The notes beneath the pieces were generated by a model. It was not told the DNA's origin, ran no database searches, and was given only the letters and a program-made list of their open reading frames with translations. From contig JABUUT010000001.1 in assembly GCA_021443045.1 (NCBI GenBank), positions 1 through 33,635 of the forward strand: DNA of 33,635 nucleotides, in the 5' to 3' direction. Positions 26,790 to 33,635 of this stretch are shown here, in pieces. Both the position numbers and the translations under genes were made by a program. Numbering within the stretch: the stretch's first letter is position 1; every line of letters starts with the position of its first letter. This DNA is from Fibrobacteraceae bacterium (GTDB lineage Bacteria; Fibrobacterota; Fibrobacteria; Fibrobacterales; Fibrobacteraceae).

Positions 26790-27374
26790 ATGAAGTTTTT
26801 TTGGGTATTGTCGACTGTACTGCCATTTCTTTTGCTTGCCTCCTGCACCAGCAAAAGTATCCGCAGTCATTTTGCACCAGTTTACCTTACTAACGACAAA
26901 TCCATTTCTATTCTGCCCGTAAACGCCACCGCCCATTTGGGCCAAAGCACCCAACATTTAGAAGGCCAGTACGGCGAAAAAAGTTTTACAGCCGACGCCT
27001 ACATTGATGCCTCCGATTCTAGCTTTGATATTTTTATTGCCAGCGGATTTGGAACCACCCTAGCCCAACTCCGCTACACCCAAGACTCCGTTTCTTTTAC
27101 AAGCTCTGTTTTTGACACAAAAAAAATGCAAGCCGAATATGTTATTGCCGATTTTCAAATCTGTTTTGCAGATGCCCAACTTTTAAAAAATCACTTTGCC
27201 TCTTTTGGGCTTACTTTTGAAGAAACCCCAGGGGGAAACCCAGCAGCCCAAGACTTTGAACGCAAAATATACGATGATAAAAATTTGATTATGACTGTGA
27301 CTAAAAAAAACAACCAGTTAAAATTAATCAATTCTCTTAGAAACTATTCCTACCTCATTACGGTTTCGCAATGA
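26790..27374 (+). CDS. Lipoprotein, DUF3261-like (ApeN-like)
   Basis: Lipobox LASC, motifs GFGTTL, AEYVIADFQ and RNYSYLI, and syntenic position between the MMPL and KS genes. Confidence 0.68.
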   Translation: MKFFWVLSTVLPFLLLASCTSKSIRSHFAPVYLTNDKSISILPVNATAHLGQSTQHLEGQYGEKSFTADAYIDASDSSFDIFIASGFGTTLAQLRYTQDSVSFTSSVFDTKKMQAEYVIADFQICFADAQLLKNHFASFGLTFEETPGGNPAAQDFERKIYDDKNLIMTVTKKNNQLKLINSLRNYSYLITVSQ

Positions 27375-28567
27375 CCACACGCCCATTGTACATCAAGGAT
27401 TTTGGATTTCGTTGCATTCTGGGCAGCAGAAGTGACGTATTGTTTGATAAATTAAAAAACGGCATTCGAGGCAACATGGAACTTCAAGACTTTGCAGGTT
27501 CCATGAAATACGCGGCCACCATACCTGCAAATTCTCTTGCCCCCATTAACAACCCCATTTTTGACAACCGAGTCAATCGCCTTACCAAAGCGGCCTTAGA
27601 CACCATGGACTCTTCTATACGCGAAGCGATCCAACACTATGGAGCAAGTCGCATTGGCATATTCCTGGGCTCCTGCGACAACGGATCTGAAGCCAGCCTT
27701 GAAGCCCTTAAAGTTTTTCAAGATTCAGGCACATTTCCTCAAGGCTACAAACTCGACTACCAGAGGGCCGATTTTCCGGCACAGTACATTGCCAAGCGTT
27801 ACGGCATTACAGGCATAATGCAAGTCCACTCCACCGCATGCGCCTCCAGTGCCAGTGCCTTTGTTTCGGCAAGAAATAATATTTATGCGGGAGTCTGCGA
27901 CGCCGCCATTGTTGGCGGCGTAGATATAGCCTCTTTACCTGTGGTTCTTGGTTTTGCTTCATTAGAAGCTATGTCAGATATGCCCACAAACCCCTTTAGC
28001 AAAAATCGTTCAGGTCTTACTCTTGGTGATGCCGCAGCCTATTTTCTTGTAACCCGAGATCAAGTGACCGAACTTTCTGTGGAAGGCCTCGGTGAAAGTG
28101 CCGACGCCGACCATATTACCGCCCCTAGAGCCGACGGTCTAGGGGCAGTGCAGACCATGAAAGCGGCTCTTCAAGATGCAAACATGGATGCAGGCGACGT
28201 TTGTTACATAAACCTCCATGGCACAGGCACCCGTTTAAACGATGCCATGGAAAGTCGAGCCGTAAACGCGCTGTTTGGACCAAACACCCCAGCCAGTTCA
28301 ACCAAGGCCCTAACAGGGCACACGCTGGGAGCCGCCGGTGCGTTAGAAGCCGCCTTCTGTTGTCTTGCCTTAAGCAACGATGAAGGCTTTATGCCAGCCC
28401 ATCTTTTTGATGGTGTCGTGGATGACGAACTTCCAGAGGTTCGCTTGGTTAAGCCCCTAGAAAAAATGAAAAACAACTCCAAAGGAGAACGGATTGCCAT
28501 TTCCAATTCCTTTGCCTTTGGAGGTTGCAACGTTTCCTTGGTTATCCGCTCCAGCAAAAAATTTTAA
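27371..28567 (+). CDS. Beta-ketoacyl-ACP synthase (ApeO-like)
   Basis: STACASSA (Cys), INLHGTGT (His), GHTLGAAG (His), NSFAFGG. Confidence 0.92.
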   Translation: MTTRPLYIKDFGFRCILGSRSDVLFDKLKNGIRGNMELQDFAGSMKYAATIPANSLAPINNPIFDNRVNRLTKAALDTMDSSIREAIQHYGASRIGIFLGSCDNGSEASLEALKVFQDSGTFPQGYKLDYQRADFPAQYIAKRYGITGIMQVHSTACASSASAFVSARNNIYAGVCDAAIVGGVDIASLPVVLGFASLEAMSDMPTNPFSKNRSGLTLGDAAAYFLVTRDQVTELSVEGLGESADADHITAPRADGLGAVQTMKAALQDANMDAGDVCYINLHGTGTRLNDAMESRAVNALFGPNTPASSTKALTGHTLGAAGALEAAFCCLALSNDEGFMPAHLFDGVVDDELPEVRLVKPLEKMKNNSKGERIAISNSFAFGGCNVSLVIRSSKKF

Positions 28568-28592
28568 AACCACCTAAAACCCATTCAGCACT

Positions 28593-29057
28593 ATGACCGA
28601 TTACAGCACAAAAGAATCCGTCGAGACCTTGGTTCCCCACAAAGGAAAGATGTTTCTTTTAAACCGCATTTCCAACTTTAGTTTGGAAAAACTGGAAATA
28701 GAAACCGAGGTGGACATTACCGACAAAGACCTATTCTACGACGAAGAACTGGGAGGCGTGCCTGCCTGGGTAGCCTTTGAATACATGGCCCAGAGCATTT
28801 CCGCCCTTTCTGGCATTTACGGGAAAACCCAGAACGAAAAACCCAAAGTGGGCTTTATCATGAGCGTTACCAGTTTTAAGGCCCACCGAAGCGTATTCAG
28901 CCTTGGAGAAACCGTAAAAATCAAAGTACACCAAACCATGCGCATGGACATGGCCGTTACTTTTGACGGAATGGCCTCCATAGGCAACGAAACCGTTGTT
29001 ACAGCAGTGTTAAATACAGTGGAAGTACCCGACCCCAAAAAAGCAGTGGGTCTATAA
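28593..29057 (+). CDS. Hotdog-fold 3-hydroxyacyl-ACP dehydratase (ApeP-like)
   Basis: LVPHKGKMFLL, VPAWVAFEYMAQ, PKVGFI. Confidence 0.85.
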   Translation: MTDYSTKESVETLVPHKGKMFLLNRISNFSLEKLEIETEVDITDKDLFYDEELGGVPAWVAFEYMAQSISALSGIYGKTQNEKPKVGFIMSVTSFKAHRSVFSLGETVKIKVHQTMRMDMAVTFDGMASIGNETVVTAVLNTVEVPDPKKAVGL

Positions 29058-29075
29058 TTAACTAACTTTGGCATT

Positions 29076-29798
29076 ATGGAAAATCAAGTTCTCATTACTG
29101 GTGCCAGCGGAGGTATTGGTCAGGCTATTGCCCGTGCCGTAGCCAAAGCAGGATACACCGTTGTTGCACATTACAACCGAAACGCCGCTCCCGTAGAATC
29201 CCTTGCTCAGCAGATTCGCGCAGAAGGGGGCAACATTCGCCTATTGCAATTCGACATTTGCAATAGGGAACAATGCCAAGAAGTTCTAGAAAAAGACATT
29301 GCCGAAAACGGAACCTACTACGGCGTTGTTACCAATGCTGGAGTTTGTGCCGACATGGCTTTTCCTGCAATGACAGGAGAATACTGGGATAAGGTTATCA
29401 ACACCAACCTTAACGGATTTTTCAATGTGGTTCACCCCCTGGTAATGCCCATGTGCCGTAAAAAACGGGGCCGCATCATAACCATTTCTTCGGTTTCGGG
29501 AGTTATTGGAAATCGAGGACAAGTAAACTACAGTGCCTCCAAGGCCGGCCTCATTGGAGCTACCAAAGCCTTGGCCACAGAACTGGCCAGTCGAAACATT
29601 ACCGTAAACAGCGTGGCACCAGGCGTGATTGACACCGAAATGATTAAAGATGCTCCCATGGACATGATTCTTCCTGCCATTCCAATGAAACGCGTCGGCA
29701 AACCCGAAGAAGTGGCTGCCACCGTTGTATTCCTTCTTTCAGAAGGAGCCGCCTACATTACAAGGCAAGTGATTTCCGTAAATGGAGGCTTAGCCTAA
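29076..29798 (+). CDS. fabG: 3-oxoacyl-ACP reductase (ApeQ-like FabG paralog)
   Basis: TGASGGIG, NAG, SSVSG, NYSASKAG (YxxxK), VAPGVIDTEM. Confidence 0.93.
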   Translation: MENQVLITGASGGIGQAIARAVAKAGYTVVAHYNRNAAPVESLAQQIRAEGGNIRLLQFDICNREQCQEVLEKDIAENGTYYGVVTNAGVCADMAFPAMTGEYWDKVINTNLNGFFNVVHPLVMPMCRKKRGRIITISSVSGVIGNRGQVNYSASKAGLIGATKALATELASRNITVNSVAPGVIDTEMIKDAPMDMILPAIPMKRVGKPEEVAATVVFLLSEGAAYITRQVISVNGGLA

Positions 29799-31021
29799 TG
29801 CGCCGCGTCGTTGTTACTGGAGGTTCCTGCCTTTCTGCCCTGGGCTTTGAAACAGACGAAATTTTTGATAGTTTAAAAACTTTTAAAAATAAAGTTGTTC
29901 GCATGGATGCCTGGGACGTGTACACCCAAATGAACACCCGTTTGGCTTGCCCTGTAACTCAGGAATTGCCTGAATACCCCCGTAAAAAAATCCGCGGGTG
30001 TGGCCGTGTAGCCGTAATGGCCTTGGCATCTTCCCACAAAGCCGTTGAAATGGCGGGCTTAGCCGAAGATACCAGTATTCTTAAGTCGGGCCGCATGGGC
30101 GTTGCCTATGGTTCCAGCATGGGAAGCATCGATGCTCTAATAGATTTTTTTTCAATGCTTAAAACTTATGATTGCTCTGGCATTACAGCCACCAGCTACA
30201 TTAAGTCTATGCCACAAACCTGTGCTGTAAATATCAGCGTTTTCTTTGGGCTTACAGGCCGCCTTATTACCACAAACACCGCCTGCACCAGCGGTAGCCT
30301 TGCCATTGGCCAAGCCTACGAAGCCATTAAGTATGGCAAGCAGGATGTGATGATTGCAGGCGGTGCCGAAGAATTAAACCCAACGGAATCAGCCGTATTC
30401 GACACCCTTTTTGCCACCAGCACAAAAAATGAGCACCCGGAACTTTCTCCAGCCTCCTACGACAAAGATCGTGACGGCCTTGTGATTGGTGAAGGGGCTG
30501 GCACTCTAATTCTTGAGGAATACGAACACGCCAAAGCCAGAGGGGCCCACATTTACGCCGAGCTGGTTGGCTTTGGAAACAACACCGATGGCGACCACAT
30601 TACCCAGCCCAAAAAAGAAACCATGCAAATGGCGCTGGAATTAGCCATGGAAGATGCAGGCATTTCCCCGGAACAAATTGGATATGTCAATGGCCATGGC
30701 ACAGCCACACATCATGGCGACATTGCAGAATCCTGGGCCACCTACAACGCCTTTAAGGGCCGTTCCGTGCCTCTGTCCAGCCTCAAAAGTTACATTGGGC
30801 ACACCCTGGGTGCCTGTGGCGGCATAGAATCCTGGCTTTCCATCAACATGATGAATCGCAAATGGTTCAGCCCCAACTTGAATTTAAAGAACGTTGACCC
30901 CGAATGCGCTCCATTAGACTACATTACCGGTTATGGCCGCGAAATGGACGTGGAGTACATCATGAGCAACAATTTCGCCTTCGGCGGCATCAACACATCT
31001 CTAATTTTCAGGAAGGTGTAA
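29798..31021 (+). CDS. Beta-ketoacyl-ACP synthase II-type (ApeR-like)
   Basis: MRRVVVTG, TACTSGS (Cys), VNGHGTAT, GHTLGACG, NNFAFGG. Confidence 0.93.
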   Translation: MRRVVVTGGSCLSALGFETDEIFDSLKTFKNKVVRMDAWDVYTQMNTRLACPVTQELPEYPRKKIRGCGRVAVMALASSHKAVEMAGLAEDTSILKSGRMGVAYGSSMGSIDALIDFFSMLKTYDCSGITATSYIKSMPQTCAVNISVFFGLTGRLITTNTACTSGSLAIGQAYEAIKYGKQDVMIAGGAEELNPTESAVFDTLFATSTKNEHPELSPASYDKDRDGLVIGEGAGTLILEEYEHAKARGAHIYAELVGFGNNTDGDHITQPKKETMQMALELAMEDAGISPEQIGYVNGHGTATHHGDIAESWATYNAFKGRSVPLSSLKSYIGHTLGACGGIESWLSINMMNRKWFSPNLNLKNVDPECAPLDYITGYGREMDVEYIMSNNFAFGGINTSLIFRKV

Positions 31022-31040
31022 AAGTCATAAAGGTTTTCTT

Positions 31041-31688
31041 ATGAAAAAAATTATCATACTGCTTTCCATACTAGTCGTGGCATCCTTTGCCAAAGAAAGG
31101 CCCGATTACATTCACAGTGCCTTTTTCTTTCAGCCCATATTGGGAATAAGTGCAGTCGATTACACCTATAAAGAAGAATACGGTGGCCACTACGAAAAAT
31201 CCAATTTTGAAGGTTGGGGCGTAGACGTTGGAATGAAAATCGGTGCCATTATTCGCAGTTTAGTGGCTCCCTATGCCACTTTTAGCTTCGCAAACCTTAG
31301 CGGAGACGCTCGATTTAAATATTTAGAAGCAGAAGTCAACGAAAAATACAGCGATGAAGTTTACCGATTCCTATTCGGCGGGGGCGTTGCCTTTTTTCCA
31401 TTCCGGAATCCGGAACACATTTTAAACGGAGGCTACATTGCCCTTTCTATAGGCATAGTCATTCAAACAGAAGGCGATGGCAAAGATATTGAGGGCTATC
31501 GCTACTCCTGTGATGGAGCCTCCCTTGCCGATGCTGGAACGCAGTACAAACTAGAATTAGGCAAGGTATGGAACATAGGAGACCTTTGGCATGCCGGTGT
31601 TATAGTCTCTTACGCCATAGACGAAATGGTCTCCAGCGAAGTTGATTCCCACTCTTTAGGGTTTGCCATAACCGTTCTTAGAAAATAA
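31041..31688 (+). CDS. Secreted hypothetical protein, putative outer-membrane beta-barrel (paralog 1)
   Basis: Signal peptide (ASFA), amphipathic Gly/aromatic strands, shared motifs KIGA, FPF...LNG and ELGKVW. Confidence 0.7.
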   Translation: MKKIIILLSILVVASFAKERPDYIHSAFFFQPILGISAVDYTYKEEYGGHYEKSNFEGWGVDVGMKIGAIIRSLVAPYATFSFANLSGDARFKYLEAEVNEKYSDEVYRFLFGGGVAFFPFRNPEHILNGGYIALSIGIVIQTEGDGKDIEGYRYSCDGASLADAGTQYKLELGKVWNIGDLWHAGVIVSYAIDEMVSSEVDSHSLGFAITVLRK

Positions 31689-31705
31689 AGGAACATTTTT
31701 GAATT

Positions 31706-32788
31706 ATGAAACAGATACTCCTTATTCTTTCTTTTGCTCTAGTCTGCTACGGCCAGGACTACGAATTCAACAACAGCTTTTCCGAAGACGTTCCAACAGA
31801 AACCTCAACAGAAAATTCAACCGAGTACTCATCGGAACCCTACCAAGCCCAGATTCCACAAAACGAAGTTTCTCAAGAGGACACTCCCCAAGCAGAACCT
31901 TCGCCAAAAGAATCAATCACTTACCAAAGTAATACCCCTCAGCCAACAGTAAACCCCATAGGCCTTCAAGAACATTCCACAATCAATGTGGAACAAACTA
32001 AGCCAGCCGAAAAAATAATTAACGGTGAGCGAAAAAAGCCCCACACCCACCATGGCTTTTACAACAGCGTTAGCGTAGGATACGCCTACACATCGGTTTC
32101 AAGCAAAAACACAGACAACGATTATTCCAAAGATATTACATACAGCTACAATTACAACACAGACCGTGAGCACACCTACAAAGGCAAAGAAGTGCATTAC
32201 TGGACTCGCGATATTGAAAAGTACGAATTTGAGGGAAATTCCTTTCCATACATGGAATTTAAATTTGGTGCAGCAGTAGCCAATTTAATTGCATTCCACA
32301 CCGTTTTTAACATTAACGCCTTTTTAGGAGACTGCGATTACAAAGACTACCACGAACGAAAAGACTTTGTTATTGACTACGAAAAAACGGTAAATGACAA
32401 TGGCACTGTCGACTCCATTCCCTATGCCACAGAAATTTCAAGATGGTTTGTAAATACAGACCGAGACATCGATGAAGATACCGATTATGCAGTGCATATA
32501 AGAACCACCTTAGGCTTTGGTTTTACGCTCTACCCCTTTATGGATAAGGTTCCTGCAATGGAAGGCTTCTTTTTAGGCGGTTCCATTGGCTTTACAGGCG
32601 GAGGAGCTGTAGATTATTTTATTTCCATGGGAACTACATATCAAGCTGAAATTGGAAAGGAATGGTGGGTTAGCGACAATCTTTCCCTAGGCATCGGTTT
32701 TCTCTACACCCGAATCAATACCAAATTTGAGGACTTTGATGGAACAGAAAATACCTTTGGCATAATGTTCCGCATTACAAGAGGGTAG
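31706..32788 (+). CDS. Secreted hypothetical protein, putative outer-membrane beta-barrel with acidic N-terminal linker (paralog 2)
   Basis: Signal peptide, E/S/T/P/Q-rich low-complexity N-terminus, motifs HHGFY, KFGA, YPF...MEG, EIGKEWWVSD and C-terminal FRITRG. Confidence 0.72.
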   Translation: MKQILLILSFALVCYGQDYEFNNSFSEDVPTETSTENSTEYSSEPYQAQIPQNEVSQEDTPQAEPSPKESITYQSNTPQPTVNPIGLQEHSTINVEQTKPAEKIINGERKKPHTHHGFYNSVSVGYAYTSVSSKNTDNDYSKDITYSYNYNTDREHTYKGKEVHYWTRDIEKYEFEGNSFPYMEFKFGAAVANLIAFHTVFNINAFLGDCDYKDYHERKDFVIDYEKTVNDNGTVDSIPYATEISRWFVNTDRDIDEDTDYAVHIRTTLGFGFTLYPFMDKVPAMEGFFLGGSIGFTGGGAVDYFISMGTTYQAEIGKEWWVSDNLSLGIGFLYTRINTKFEDFDGTENTFGIMFRITRG

Positions 32789-32791
32789 TCC

Positions 32792-33541
32792 ATGAAACGG
32801 CTATTAATTCTTCTTACGCTTTTTTCAATGGCAGTACCTTCCCTTGCCTACCAAAAAGAGCATCGGGGGCTTTTCTTCCAAACCGCATTGGGATTTTCTT
32901 ACCTCAACACCCAATATGACGATACCTACAAGTCTGACTACCAAAGGAATTGCAATTACAGCAGCAATTCTGAAGAAAATCCCGATCAGTGCCGCTCCGT
33001 TGAAATATACAGCCATTCCTTTTCTGGATTTAGTTTTCCAGAAGTCAATGTCAAACTTGGAGCATCCATTGGAAACATGGTAGTTCTCTTCAGCACCCTT
33101 GATGTAGGAAACGTCTTCGGCCATGCAAAAGCCCAAAATACGGAGTATGATGAGAACGTTACTAAGGGAACCGTCCACTCCGTTGACTTCGATGACAAAC
33201 TTTCCGATAAAGATGCTCCCGGATTTGAGTTTGCAGCTGGGCTCGGCTTTTATGTATACCCCTTTAGAAATCCCCAGTCTCCATTGAATGGTCTATTTAT
33301 AGGAACCTCCTCCGGATTAGGCGGATATATAGTTACTCCCAGAGGAGACTATTCTACCGACCTTGAATTTTTAAACATTTACACGCGCTATGAAATTGGC
33401 AAAGACTGGTGGATTACAGACACATGGTCTCTCGGTTTTGGCATTGCCTATCAATCTATGTTTTCCAATGAACCCATCGACGGTGATGGAATAGACAGCG
33501 ATCACAAATTTTCCATCGCCATACGCCTCACCAGAGGGTGA
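32792..33541 (+). CDS. Secreted hypothetical protein, putative outer-membrane beta-barrel (paralog 3)
   Basis: Signal peptide, motifs HRGLF, KLGA, YPF...LNG, EIGKDWWITD and C-terminal IRLTRG. Confidence 0.72.
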   Translation: MKRLLILLTLFSMAVPSLAYQKEHRGLFFQTALGFSYLNTQYDDTYKSDYQRNCNYSSNSEENPDQCRSVEIYSHSFSGFSFPEVNVKLGASIGNMVVLFSTLDVGNVFGHAKAQNTEYDENVTKGTVHSVDFDDKLSDKDAPGFEFAAGLGFYVYPFRNPQSPLNGLFIGTSSGLGGYIVTPRGDYSTDLEFLNIYTRYEIGKDWWITDTWSLGFGIAYQSMFSNEPIDGDGIDSDHKFSIAIRLTRG

Positions 33542-33555
33542 TTAGAGGCTGGTTA

Positions 33556-33635
33556 TCAGTAGTCAGTGGTCAGTAGTGAGGTTCGGCGTAAACGCCTAGA
33601 GGCATGAGCTCAAAGAAGTGGTTAGTAGACAGTAG
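33556..33635. repeat. Heptamer tandem repeats flanking small palindromes
   Basis: TCAGTAG-TCAGTGG-TCAGTAG (33556-33576), hairpin GGCG-TAAA-CGCC (33585-33596), palindrome TGAGCTCA (33605-33612), then GAAGTGG-TTAGTAG-ACAGTAG (33615-33635), running off the window. Confidence 0.6.

Larger units (their letters stand above)
14354..31021. other. Aryl polyene-type biosynthetic gene cluster
   Basis: 17 contiguous genes: acyltransferase, CLF, MTase, 2 ACP, membrane/ligase/DH fusion, GT2, acyltransferase, ammonia-lyase, thioesterase, LolA, MMPL, lipoprotein, KS, DH, KR, KS. Content and order match known apeB-R clusters. Confidence 0.88.

Noticed and set aside
2205-27262. Identical 18-mer AGCCCAAGACTTTGAACG at 2205-2222 and 27245-27262
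   Set aside because: Both copies are inside unrelated CDSs in the same frame (AQDFER) using common codons. No flanking similarity or element boundary, so most likely coincidence.
14354-31021. Interpreting the cluster as primary fatty-acid synthesis or flexirubin
   Set aside because: CLF, lyase, GT2, MMPL and LolA are not primary FAS genes, fabD/fabH/enoyl reductase are absent, and no darA/darB-like genes are in the window.
33556-33635. Terminal repeats as a CRISPR array
   Set aside because: Units are 7 nt with no spacers of CRISPR length, and there are no cas genes.

Overview
Gene-dense bacterial window, probably from a Fibrobacter-like (Fibrobacterota/FCB) genome. That assignment is my inference from sprA, batD/E and the style of the intergenic heptamer/hairpin repeats. 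Left part (1-14.3 kb): batD-batE, an NhaC-family antiporter, mnmA, a ~2,290-aa SprA/Sov T9SS translocon, a small lipoprotein and a single-chain acyl-CoA carboxyltransferase. Centre-right (14354-31021): an apparently complete aryl polyene (APE)-type type II PKS/FAS cluster in the proteobacterial apeB-R gene order. It has distinctive rearrangements: the methyltransferase/chain-length-factor/acyltransferase block is transcribed divergently from a symmetric promoter, a membrane protein, an acyl-AMP ligase and a dehydratase are fused in one 775-aa protein, the glycosyltransferase and acyltransferase are separate genes, and there is an MIO ammonia-lyase with a Phe-His selectivity pair. Right end: three tandem paralogous secreted proteins that look like outer-membrane beta-barrels. 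Several SD-less genes have a TAWATT hexamer 6-7 nt before the start codon, suggesting leaderless transcripts. No rRNA, tRNA, CRISPR array or transposase was seen. All calls come from reading motifs by eye; no database search was run.
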